DNA of 54,121 nt from Clostridiales bacterium (GTDB taxonomy: Bacteria; Bacillota; Clostridia; Saccharofermentanales; Saccharofermentanaceae): positions 1 through 54,121 of the forward strand of contig JAFWSW010000109.1 of the NCBI GenBank assembly GCA_017519205.1. The letters are read 5' to 3'. The notes beneath the pieces are model-generated. The model made no database searches. It was not told the DNA's origin and saw only the letters and a program-made list of their open reading frames with translations. A program made the translations under genes and the position numbers. How positions within the stretch are numbered: the first letter of the stretch is position 1; every line of letters starts with the position of its first letter. This document shows positions 1 through 8,662 of this stretch, one piece after another.

Positions 1-872
1 AGGCTCAGGCGGAACTTCAGAAGTCCCAGGCTGAGAAAGCGAAACTCGATCAGGAAGCTTCTCAGGTTCTTAATCTGGCTCAGCAGGAAAAACAGAAGAT
101 GGAGCAGGAAGCTGCGGCGAAGATGGATCAGGCCAATAAGGCTGTTCATGATGCCCAGCAGGAGAAGGAACGTCTGGTAGCTGAGGCGAGAGCCGGCTGT
201 GACGTGATCGCGAAGCAGAAATCCGCGCTCGAAGCTGACATCGCAAAGATGACCAAGGAACAGGAAGCAAGCAAGAGCAACTATGAGAAGCAGCTTACTT
301 CCCTGAAAGATGAGCTGGAGTCAGCCAAGGCCATTATCGCGGATTCGAAGATCGCGAAGAAACTGGCAGAAGTCGAAGCGCAGGAGTTGATCCTGAAAGC
401 AGAGAAGAGAGCCGTTGCACTGAAGGAAGCCAAACTGTCCGAGAGTGAGAAGGGCAAACTTCAGGATGAGTTAAAGAAGAAGGAAAGTGAGCTGGCGGAA
501 ATGGCAAAGTCGAAGGAAGAACTTGAAAAGCAGCTGAACGAGATGAACAAGACGATCAAGAAACTGCAGGATCGTATCGACAATATGCCGGCTGGCGGCG
601 GTGCTGTTGCCATCGCAGACGGTATGAAGGAATACTCCGTAGTTGTTGTACCGCATCTTTCCAATGGCGAAGTCAATTCCGAGAGGATCGCTGAGATCCT
701 GGCCACCAAGGCAGCATCCGGATGGAGACTGCACAGCATGATCAATGACGAGGGCGGAAAACTCCAGTCCTCACTCGGCGGTACCGACAGCATGTCTTTG
801 AATGCTTCGACGGTTTCCATCAAGGAAGACCGTGTGATCATGATCTTCGAAAGAAACGCAGAAGAGGGCTGA
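1..872 (+). CDS. Coiled-coil protein, N-terminus cut by window edge, small globular C-terminal domain (DUF4177-like is a guess)
   Basis: Frame 3 is open from nt 3 to TGA 870-872. K/E/A/Q-rich heptad-like sequence, then EYSVVVVPH...GWRLHSMI...VIMIFER tail. Terminator follows. Confidence 0.6.
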   Translation, partial: AQAELQKSQAEKAKLDQEASQVLNLAQQEKQKMEQEAAAKMDQANKAVHDAQQEKERLVAEARAGCDVIAKQKSALEADIAKMTKEQEASKSNYEKQLTSLKDELESAKAIIADSKIAKKLAEVEAQELILKAEKRAVALKEAKLSESEKGKLQDELKKKESELAEMAKSKEELEKQLNEMNKTIKKLQDRIDNMPAGGGAVAIADGMKEYSVVVVPHLSNGEVNSERIAEILATKAASGWRLHSMINDEGGKLQSSLGGTDSMSLNASTVSIKEDRVIMIFERNAEEG

Positions 873-933
873 CAGTACTAGGAACTGTCGGGGAGAGTCC
901 TACCCGCACACGACAAGAATGAAAAAGACGAAG

Positions 934-970
934 AAAGGCTGTTTCCGGAGATCCGGAAGCAGCCTTTTCT
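934..970 (+). terminator. Rho-independent terminator
   Basis: aaaggctgtttccgg / agat / ccggaagcagccttt stem-loop (15 bp, one G-U) running into a T-run. Confidence 0.7.
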
Positions 971-1172
971 GTTGTGCGAAAATGCTTTCCGGGCGTCCGG
1001 ACAAGTGCTTTTTCCGATGAAAAAGCACCCGCAGGATCACTTTTCGGAACCGCAAAGAAAATTGCCGTTAAGTATCACAAAAAACTTTTGCAAAATGTGA
1101 AAGTTTTTGTGGATATTGATTATCGAATCGGTTATAATGTTCCATATGAGTTTAAATTAGGAGGACGAATAC

Positions 1173-3254
1173 ATGACCAACTATTCGGCAGACAAGATCC
1201 GTAACATCGCGCTTCTCGGCCATGGCGGATCCGGTAAGACAGCGCTTGCAGAAGCGATGCTTTACTGTTCAAAGGCAATCGACCGTCTCGGCCGTTCGGC
1301 AGATGGTAACACTGCACTGGACTTCGATCCGGAAGAGATCAAGCGCCAGATTTCCCTGAACACATCCGTTGCGGCATGTGAGTGGAAGAACACAAAGATG
1401 AATCTCATCGACACCCCCGGTGACTTTGATTTTCTCGGTGAGACGATGGCCGGTATTCGTGTAGCAGGAAGTGCGATCGTTGTGATCAGCGCCAAGGGCG
1501 GTACATCCGTAGGTTCCGAGAAGGCGATCCGTCTTCTGAACAAGAGAAAGGTTCCGTTCCTTTTCTTCCTCAACCGTATGGATGAACCAAACGCGGACTT
1601 TGAGGGCGTTATTTCCCGTATGATGAACCGCTACGGCAGAGGCGTTATCCCGCTGTCCCTGCCGATCATGACCGGCGATAAGATGACCGGTATCGTAGAC
1701 GTTATGAATAAGCGTGCGTTTACTCTCGATGAGAAGACGGGCGCACAGACCGAGATCCCGCTTCCGGCTGAGTTTGAAGATCGTGTTGTTGAACTTCAGG
1801 ACAAGATCAACGAAGTAGTTGCAGAGAGCGACGAAGAACTGATGGAGAAGTATTTCGCAGGCGAGCCGTTCACAGAGGACGAGTTCCGTCGTGGCGTACA
1901 TGCCGGATTTGCTGACGGCGTACTGCACCCGATCTACTGCGGATCCGCATATAAGAACTGGGGCGTCGAGTTCCTCTTGAACTGCCTGTCCAAGGATACT
2001 CCGCCGGCTTCTACAAAACCGCCGCAAGAGGGTGTTACTCCGGACGGTGAGAAGCTCACCATCGTATGTAACGAGAATGACCCGCTGGCTGCCTTCGTAT
2101 TTAAGACGATCGCTGACCCGTTCGTAGGCCGTATCTCCCTGTTCCGTGTATATGCCGGTGTTCTGAAGAGCAACTCGACTGTATACAATGCAGTAAAAGA
2201 AAAAGATGAGCGTATGGGCGGTCTGTTCTACATGGTAGGTAAGAAGCAGATCCCGACAGATAAGGTCGTTGCCGGTGATATCGGTGCTGTGGCAAAACTC
2301 GTTCTGACACAGACCAACGATACACTCTGCGATAAGTCCCGTATCGTGACCCTGACAAAGATCAACTTCCCGACTCCGTGTCTTTCCATGGGTATCGTCC
2401 CGAAGGCAAGAGGTGAAGAAGATAAGATCATGGCCGGTCTTAATAAGCTGAAGGATGAGGATCCGGTATTTACTGTTGTAAACAATGCAGAAACCAAGCA
2501 GATGGTCATCAGCGGTCTCGGTGAGCAGGAGATCTCCGTTCTTAAGAGTAAGCTGAAGAGTAAGTTCAATGTTGATGCTGATCTCGAAGAGCCTCGTGTT
2601 CCTTATCGTGAAGCGATCCGTAAGAAGGTTAAGGTTCAGGGTAAGCATAAGAAACAGTCCGGCGGTCACGGTCAGTACGGTGATGTATGGATCGAGTTTG
2701 AGCCGACAGATTCCGAAGAACTCGTATTCGAAGAGAACGTATTCGGCGGCGCAGTTCCGAAGAACTTCTTCCCGGCTGTTGAAAAGGGCCTTCAGGAAGC
2801 AGTTAAGAAGGGTATCCTCGGTGCATTTCCGGTAGTTAACCTCAAGGCAACTCTCGTCGATGGTTCTTACCACGATGTAGACTCCTCGGAAATGGCATTT
2901 AAGATCGCTGCCAACCTCGCTTTCAAGGCCGGTATGGCTGCTGCAAACCCGGTTCTCCTTGAGCCGATCAGCACAGTATCCGTTCACATTCCTGAGGATA
3001 AGCAGGGTGATATCATGGGCGACATGAACAAGCGTCGTGGCCGCATCATGGGTATCGATTCTGACGAGACAGGTTCCGTCATCAACTGCGAAGTTCCGAC
3101 TTCCGAGATGGCAACCTATGCTACCGACCTCAAGTCCATGACACAGGGCCGCGGCTGGTACACCATCGAGCATGCACGCTATGAGCAGGCTCCGGGCGAT
3201 GTCCAGGCAAAGGTCATCGAAGCCAGAAAGGCATTCCTGTCTGAGGACGAGTAA
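1173..3254 (+). CDS. EF-G family translational GTPase paralog with divergent G domain (EF-G II-like)
   Basis: 693 aa. AGGAGGA RBS at 1159-1165. G1 GHGGSGKT, G3 DTPGDFDF (Asp where canonical EF-G has His), G4 NRMD. Length covers EF-G domains II-V. Confidence 0.85.
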   Translation: MTNYSADKIRNIALLGHGGSGKTALAEAMLYCSKAIDRLGRSADGNTALDFDPEEIKRQISLNTSVAACEWKNTKMNLIDTPGDFDFLGETMAGIRVAGSAIVVISAKGGTSVGSEKAIRLLNKRKVPFLFFLNRMDEPNADFEGVISRMMNRYGRGVIPLSLPIMTGDKMTGIVDVMNKRAFTLDEKTGAQTEIPLPAEFEDRVVELQDKINEVVAESDEELMEKYFAGEPFTEDEFRRGVHAGFADGVLHPIYCGSAYKNWGVEFLLNCLSKDTPPASTKPPQEGVTPDGEKLTIVCNENDPLAAFVFKTIADPFVGRISLFRVYAGVLKSNSTVYNAVKEKDERMGGLFYMVGKKQIPTDKVVAGDIGAVAKLVLTQTNDTLCDKSRIVTLTKINFPTPCLSMGIVPKARGEEDKIMAGLNKLKDEDPVFTVVNNAETKQMVISGLGEQEISVLKSKLKSKFNVDADLEEPRVPYREAIRKKVKVQGKHKKQSGGHGQYGDVWIEFEPTDSEELVFEENVFGGAVPKNFFPAVEKGLQEAVKKGILGAFPVVNLKATLVDGSYHDVDSSEMAFKIAANLAFKAGMAAANPVLLEPISTVSVHIPEDKQGDIMGDMNKRRGRIMGIDSDETGSVINCEVPTSEMATYATDLKSMTQGRGWYTIEHARYEQAPGDVQAKVIEARKAFLSEDE

Positions 3255-3269
3255 TCGCATAAGCTTAAT

Positions 3270-3343
3270 CTAAAAAGAATATCTCTCCAGAGCTTCAAAC
3301 AGTTTGCTAAAGCAAAACTTGCTCTGGAGAGATTTCTTTTTAG
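3270..3343 (+). terminator. Long (23 bp plus bulged T) hairpin terminator with conserved 29-nt apical module; member of a repeat family (second copy at 11741-11812)
   Basis: Arms 3270-3293 and 3321-3343 pair by hand with one bulged T at 3280. Inner hairpin 3301-3307/3312-3319 with TAAA loop. 3' arm ends in TTTTT. Confidence 0.75.
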
Positions 3344-3359
3344 ATTTAAGGTTTCGCTC

Positions 3360-3459
3360 CGCGAGACTCGCCACCAGGGAGATCTTCTTTTTTATCAGAT
3401 TCGATTACTCATCTTACGAGGACTCGCTCTGGAGAGATTTCTTTTTTCTTCTATCAGAT
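3360..3459 (+). repeat. Two degenerate tandem units resembling the terminator 3' arm
   Basis: Unit 3360-3400 is cgcgagactcgccaccagggagatcttcttttttatcagat. Unit 3416-3459 is tacgaggactcgctctggagagatttcttttttcttctatcagat. 3426-3446 is an exact copy of 3321-3341. Confidence 0.7.
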
Positions 3460-3545
3460 AGCGAATTCTCGTCGGATAGATATTTTTTTGCGCCGATTTG
3501 TTATAAAATGAAATATAAGCAATTCATCAGACGGAGGAGCAGGTT

Positions 3546-4484
3546 ATGCCCTATTCGAGCGTTTTTCTAACGGAGATCATCAAATACTTCGAACTCGAGG
3601 AAGTGTACGCGCCGGAAGATATTGAGAAGGTTCGTATCCATGTTGCGGACGTGACCCGTCCGGGCCTTCAGCTGGCCGGATATTACGATCACTTCGGTCC
3701 GGACCGTATCCAGCTGATCGGTAACATGGAGCACGCATTCCTGGATAAGCTGACACCGGAGCAGAGAGAGGAGCGCCTGCAGGCGCTTTTTGAGAAGAAG
3801 ATCCCGTGCCTGATCCTGACACGTAACCATGTGGCTCACGATGAGCTTCTCCGTGTGGCAGAGAAAGCGAATATCCCGGTGCTCCGCACGCACCAGGCAA
3901 CCAGTGAGTTCATGAGTTCGCTGGTCAAATACTTAAATGTCGAGCTTGCTCCGCGTATCTCCATGCACGGCGTTCTGGTCGAGGTTAACGGTGAAGGTAT
4001 CCTGATCCTCGGTGAGAGCGGTGTTGGTAAGTCGGAGACGGCGCTCGAGATCGTTAAGCGTGGTCACCGTCTGATCGCAGATGATCAGGTGGAGATCAGA
4101 AGAGTTTCGGAGACGACGCTTCTGGGCCGTGCGCCTGAGGTGATCCGTCACCTGATCGAGATCCGCGGCATCGGTATTCTCGATGTAAAAGAACTGTACG
4201 GTGTATCTTCCGTTAAACTGCAGGAGAGCATCGACTTCGTTATCAATCTCGAACTGTGGGATGAGAAGAAGACATATGACCGTCTGGGTATCACCGATGA
4301 GACGACGGAGATCCTGGGTATCCAGGTGCCGTCGATCACGATCCCGGTAGGACCCGGCCGTAACCTGGCGATCATCGTCGAGGCCGCGGCAATCAACTAC
4401 CGTGTTAAGAAGATGGGTTACAACGCGGCCAAGGATCTGGTCACGCGTGTTTTCCCGGGCGGACTGAACACAGATAAAGAGTAA
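3546..4484 (+). CDS. hprK: HPr kinase/phosphorylase
   Basis: 312 aa. Walker A GESGVGKSE, LIADD motif, GGAGGAG RBS upstream. Confidence 0.92.
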   Translation: MPYSSVFLTEIIKYFELEEVYAPEDIEKVRIHVADVTRPGLQLAGYYDHFGPDRIQLIGNMEHAFLDKLTPEQREERLQALFEKKIPCLILTRNHVAHDELLRVAEKANIPVLRTHQATSEFMSSLVKYLNVELAPRISMHGVLVEVNGEGILILGESGVGKSETALEIVKRGHRLIADDQVEIRRVSETTLLGRAPEVIRHLIEIRGIGILDVKELYGVSSVKLQESIDFVINLELWDEKKTYDRLGITDETTEILGIQVPSITIPVGPGRNLAIIVEAAAINYRVKKMGYNAAKDLVTRVFPGGLNTDKE

Positions 4485-4507
4485 AGGATCGGGGGACTAG
4501 GACATAC

Positions 4508-5473
4508 ATGATGGCGGACAGCAGCACGATCGAGGTATTCCGCAGCAGGCTGACAGAAAAAGGATATGAGGATCTGGCGAAGGCTCTTCGTTCGGACGAA
4601 CTGATGAAATCCCACACGTCTTTCCGCGTGGGCGGACCGGCGCAGATCTATTCCGAGCCGTCCTCGAAAGAGGAGATCATTGCTTTGATCGATACGGCAA
4701 AAGCACTTGGCCTTCCCTTTTTCCTGATGGGAAACGGTTCCAATCTGGTTATCTCGGATGATGGTATCGACGGTCTGGTGATCCGTCTGGGGGAGAACTT
4801 CTCGGAGATCTCGTCCGAACAGGATCCGGATGATCCGGAGGCAGTACTGGTAACTGCCTGTGCAGGCACACTTCTGATCCGTCTTTCCTCGTTCGCGGCC
4901 AAAGCTTCGCTGACCGGTCTGGAATTCGCATCGGGTATTCCCGGATCTCTGGGCGGTGCGGTCTTCATGAACGCCGGCGCTTATGATCACGATATGTCGG
5001 AGGTCATCGAGAAAGTGACCGCCATTTCTCCTTCAGGGGAGATCAAAGTATGGAACAAAGAAGATCTCGATCTCGGTTACAGAAAAAGCCGTTTTATGGC
5101 TGAAGGCGGTATCGTCTGCGAGGCGGTCCTTCGTCTGAAAAAGGGTGATGCGGATGAGATCAATTCGCAGATCAGAACATATACCGAGAAGAGAACGAAG
5201 TCCCAGCCGCTCAATTTCCCGAGCGCAGGCAGCATGTTCAAGCGTCCGGTGGGACACTATACCGGAGCCCTGATCGAGCAGGCCGGCCTCAAGGGCTTTT
5301 CGATCGGCGGTGCACAGGTCTCAGAGAAACATGCGGGATTTGTCATCAACAAGGGTGATGCTACCGCAAAGGATATCGATGACCTTGTTAAACACATTCA
5401 GAAGACGATCCGCGAGAAGTTCGATGTAGAGCTTCAGCGTGAAGTCCGATTCATCGGACGTGGATTTCAATAA
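4508..5473 (+). CDS. murB: UDP-N-acetylenolpyruvoylglucosamine reductase
   Basis: 321 aa. FRVGGPA, GNGSNL and PSAGSMFKRP motifs typical of MurB. Confidence 0.9.
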   Translation: MMADSSTIEVFRSRLTEKGYEDLAKALRSDELMKSHTSFRVGGPAQIYSEPSSKEEIIALIDTAKALGLPFFLMGNGSNLVISDDGIDGLVIRLGENFSEISSEQDPDDPEAVLVTACAGTLLIRLSSFAAKASLTGLEFASGIPGSLGGAVFMNAGAYDHDMSEVIEKVTAISPSGEIKVWNKEDLDLGYRKSRFMAEGGIVCEAVLRLKKGDADEINSQIRTYTEKRTKSQPLNFPSAGSMFKRPVGHYTGALIEQAGLKGFSIGGAQVSEKHAGFVINKGDATAKDIDDLVKHIQKTIREKFDVELQREVRFIGRGFQ

Positions 5474-5490
5474 CAGGCAGGAGGGTTTTC

Positions 5491-6390
5491 ATGGATCTGA
5501 TTATTCTTACCGGCATGTCCGGAGCAGGAAAAAGCCAGGCGGCAAATATTCTGGAAGATCAGGGATACTTCTGTATCGATAATCTTCCGCCGATGGTCCT
5601 TCCGGAGCTTGTAAGGACGTTCCTGAAAGGTCAGGGCGGCGAGGGTTTCGCGATCGACAAGCTGGCCTTCGTGGTCGATGTCCGCAGTAATGAATATCTT
5701 AAAGGTTTCGGAAAAGCAATTACCGAGATCAAGAATCTGGGCTGCCCGTACCGTATTATTTTCCTCGAGGCCAATGATCAGGTCCTGATCAGCCGCTACC
5801 GCCAGACCCGCCGCAAGCATCCGCTCTCTGCAGGCCTTTCGCTGGTCGAGGCGATCGAGAAGGAAAGAAGTCTTATGCGCGGTATCCGTGCACGTGCGAC
5901 CCATGTTATCGACACATCGCTTATCACGCTCTCTGCCCTTCGTGAAGAGATCCTGAACATCATCGAGGTCGAAGATGAGAGCACAATGGATATCCATATC
6001 GAGTCATTCGGCTTCAAGTACGGAATCCCGGGAGACAGCGACGTCACCTGCGATGTACGTTTCCTCCCGAATCCGTTTTATATTCCGGAGTTGAAGATGC
6101 TCTGCGGCAAGGACCAGCCGATCATTGATTTTCTGGAAAAACACCCGGAGACAGAACAGTACTATGAGAAGAAGATGGATCTTCTCTGTTTCTCGATCCC
6201 GTACTATATCCGTGAGGGCAAGGCCCGTCTCTCGGTAGGCGTCGGCTGCACCGGCGGCCGCCACCGCTCAGTATATATGGCCGAGCGGTTGTATCAGGGT
6301 CTGAAGGAGAGAGGATACCGCGTGTCTATCCATCACAGGGATATCGAAAAAGACCCGAGATACCTGCCTGTCGAGGAAAAGAAATCATGA
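5491..6390 (+). CDS. rapZ: RNase adapter protein RapZ (YvcJ family P-loop ATPase)
   Basis: 299 aa. GMSGAGKS P-loop, C-terminal GCTGGRHRSV motif. Confidence 0.9.
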   Translation: MDLIILTGMSGAGKSQAANILEDQGYFCIDNLPPMVLPELVRTFLKGQGGEGFAIDKLAFVVDVRSNEYLKGFGKAITEIKNLGCPYRIIFLEANDQVLISRYRQTRRKHPLSAGLSLVEAIEKERSLMRGIRARATHVIDTSLITLSALREEILNIIEVEDESTMDIHIESFGFKYGIPGDSDVTCDVRFLPNPFYIPELKMLCGKDQPIIDFLEKHPETEQYYEKKMDLLCFSIPYYIREGKARLSVGVGCTGGRHRSVYMAERLYQGLKERGYRVSIHHRDIEKDPRYLPVEEKKS

Positions 6391-7283
6391 GCCGGAATCC
6401 GTATTCCCAGACCATCAAGGATCAGATCCTGAAGATCACTTATAAGAACACAGACGAGTGGGCCGCTGAAATGGCGGCCATTTGTCTATGTTCCGGCTAT
6501 ACCTGCGACCGTGAAAAGGACATCGCTACAGTTTCCTGCACGAGTGAAGAGGTGGCCCGCCGCCTGATGCTCGACTGCGAAAAGAGCGGGACAGGCATGC
6601 GCTGTGAGGGCCCCAATAAAGTCGGAAGAAGAGGCGGAAGTGTCTTTGAAGTGCTTTTCCCGGCGACGGAATATGATTCGTTTATTACTGATTATTCCCT
6701 GCCGGATACGATCACGGAGAAGATCTCCTCGTCTGAGATCCTTCGCCGTGCGATGATGAGAGGTGCTTTTCTGGCCCGGGGCTCGATGAGCGATCCGAAC
6801 AGGACCTACCGGGTCGAAATCCTTTGCAAGACGGATGCATTTGTGAAGATGCTGATACTGCTTCTTCACGCGGAGAACATCCGGCCGATGACACGTGTTC
6901 TCGATGTGACCTGGTCGATCTACTTTAAGCGCCACGACGAGATCTGCGATTTCCTCGTGATCCTGGGTGCTCCGAATCTGATGATGGAACTTCAGAATAT
7001 CCGTGTCCAGCATGATGTCAATGCGACGGTAACCAGAAGCGTCAACCTCGATAACTGGACGGTGAAGCTTCAGGCGGACGCCAGTGCCAAGAGAACGAAA
7101 CAGCTGGAGGAACTCCTCAACTCGGAAAAGGCTGCACGTATTCCGAGAGAGCTTCTCGAGGTTGCGAAGGTCCATATCGATAACCCGGGTCTGTCCCTGA
7201 CAGAGCTCGGACGGCTCATGGATCCGCCGCTTTCCAAATCCGGAATGAATCACCGTTTGAAGAAACTTCTCGATTATCTATGA
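6387..7283 (+). CDS. whiA: DNA-binding protein WhiA
   Basis: 298 aa. ATGA overlap with the rapZ stop. Degenerate LAGLIDADG-like middle region plus C-terminal HTH (LSLTELGRLMDPPLSKSGMNHRLKKL). Confidence 0.85.
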   Translation: MSRNPYSQTIKDQILKITYKNTDEWAAEMAAICLCSGYTCDREKDIATVSCTSEEVARRLMLDCEKSGTGMRCEGPNKVGRRGGSVFEVLFPATEYDSFITDYSLPDTITEKISSSEILRRAMMRGAFLARGSMSDPNRTYRVEILCKTDAFVKMLILLLHAENIRPMTRVLDVTWSIYFKRHDEICDFLVILGAPNLMMELQNIRVQHDVNATVTRSVNLDNWTVKLQADASAKRTKQLEELLNSEKAARIPRELLEVAKVHIDNPGLSLTELGRLMDPPLSKSGMNHRLKKLLDYL

Positions 7284-7389
7284 TTTATCCTCTTTTTTCC
7301 TTAAGTTTTTCCGTTTCTATCTATTCTTCGCGCGTATAGAATGGTTTTAGATGGGGTTAGATGGAAAACAAGGAAAAATGGAGGCGTAT

Positions 7390-8151
7390 ATGGACGGCAA
7401 GACCGGAAGCAAAGGTTTTACCCGTTTGTCTTGGCGTAGCCGGTTTTGTCGGATCGCTTCACTTGCTGTTGCCTGCGCCGGTACACTGTTTTTGTTTATC
7501 CTGTTTTGTAGATATGAGGTGATGGTCTTCGGAATTACGGGGACCGTCTGCCTCCTTTTGTCCTCTTTGGCGGCAGCGCTTCTTTTCCGTGAATCGGAAA
7601 GACATGATACGATCTTTTCCATGATCATGGTCATTGCTGTTGCTTCTATCATCGTGATTTCCGTTCGTTCCCCGTGGGCGATCTCCTCGAAAAGCTCCCG
7701 GTCCTATGAGAAGAATATGAAGTATCTTTCCAAGAACCATTACTCCACGATCCTTTTCCCGGAAGAGCTTCCGAAGAGCGTATCCTCATATGATCTGAAA
7801 TTCCGCCCGGATGAGTATGTGCATGTATCGTTTTCATGCGATCCCGAGGATCTGAGAAAATATGAAGACGAAGCCCAGAGCATCTCGATCATCGGTCCGG
7901 TAGCACTTCCCGATGCGATGTCCGAGACTATGAACGACACGATCACCGCTCAGATTGCGGAAGCTTTTGACGTGGATAACGAGGAAGCAGGTATCTTCCG
8001 TCTGCAGTTTGCTTTTCCCGAGAACGTGGAAACGCACAGTCAGGCAAGGATCTATATCGTGTTCTGCGAATACGATCACGAACACCCTCAGACAGAAGCG
8101 ATCCTGATCGACGATGAGAGCGGCTGGGTCTGCTTTTCCAAGCTTTTCTGA
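7390..8151 (+). CDS. Hypothetical membrane protein (3 predicted N-terminal TM helices, soluble C-terminal half)
   Basis: ORF is open from 7351. ATG 7390 sits 5 nt after GGAGG 7380-7384. No family recognised. Confidence 0.5.
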   Translation: MDGKTGSKGFTRLSWRSRFCRIASLAVACAGTLFLFILFCRYEVMVFGITGTVCLLLSSLAAALLFRESERHDTIFSMIMVIAVASIIVISVRSPWAISSKSSRSYEKNMKYLSKNHYSTILFPEELPKSVSSYDLKFRPDEYVHVSFSCDPEDLRKYEDEAQSISIIGPVALPDAMSETMNDTITAQIAEAFDVDNEEAGIFRLQFAFPENVETHSQARIYIVFCEYDHEHPQTEAILIDDESGWVCFSKLF

Positions 8152-8240
8152 GATTTCTCCGAATACTTCTTCCCAGCCTAAAGCCCCGCTTGCTGCGAAA
8201 TACCCTTTTTTATCACGCAATATCTCCTCCGATAGGGCTA

Positions 8241-8270
8241 TTGACATATAGTTCAATACCAACTTATAAT
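8241..8270 (+). promoter_or_regulatory. Sigma-A type promoter for the padR operon
   Basis: TTGACA 8241-8246, 18-nt spacer, TATAAT 8265-8270. Inverted repeat ttcaatac / gtattg flanks the -10. Confidence 0.6.
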
Positions 8271-8344
8271 CAGTATTGTTGAATGTATAGTACTGAACAA
8301 AACATAACATATACATAAATTTCGTAAAAAGGAGGAAGTCAATC

Positions 8345-8662
8345 ATGAATGTTCAATTCAAAAAAGGCGTTCTGGATCTCTGTGTCCTGGCGATGCTCAA
8401 TGACAGCGACCGCTACGGATATGAACTGGCCAGCACGCTTTCTGAGATCATCATGATCTCGGATGGTACTGTGTACCCGCTTCTTCGCAAGCTCGCATCC
8501 GATGGCCTCGTGGCTTCATATCTTCAGGAGTCACAGAGCGGACCGCCGAGAAAATACTACAGTCTGACTGCTATGGGAAAGATCCGTCTTGCGGAGCTTC
8601 TCGAAGACTGGAACAACTTCACGGCAAGTGTAAATAAGATCGTAGGAGGGAAAAGCGTATGA
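8345..8662 (+). CDS. PadR family transcriptional regulator
   Basis: 105 aa. GTVYPLLRKLASDGLV winged-helix signature. Confidence 0.88.
   Translation: MNVQFKKGVLDLCVLAMLNDSDRYGYELASTLSEIIMISDGTVYPLLRKLASDGLVASYLQESQSGPPRKYYSLTAMGKIRLAELLEDWNNFTASVNKIVGGKSV

Noticed and set aside
1109-1117. TGTGGATAT, a one-mismatch DnaA box upstream of the EF-G paralog
   Set aside because: It is a single isolated near-match with no cluster or AT-rich unwinding element. Not evidence for oriC.
974-1204. 76-aa ORF spanning the spacer upstream of the EF-G paralog
   Set aside because: It starts just past the terminator hairpin, crosses the RBS region and runs into the EF-G start. No RBS or motifs.
1269-3260. 663-aa ORF on the minus strand, opposite the EF-G paralog. 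Similar long antisense ORFs occur at 10419-11636, 12750-13598, 14124-14870, 15884-16546, 16547-17299, 23835-25964, 28662-30158, 31978-33924, 33786-34841, 38698-39825, 46454-47908, 48023-49255 and 49198-50397.
   Set aside because: Each lies antisense to a gene with clear family motifs. Their translations are low-complexity (R/L/S/C-rich) with no motifs or RBS context. They are typical shadow ORFs.
3304-3570. 88-aa ORF in the EF-G-paralog/hprK spacer with repeated LWRDFF
   Set aside because: The peptide repeats are just the translation of nucleotide terminator-arm repeats. There is no RBS, and the ORF runs into the hprK start.
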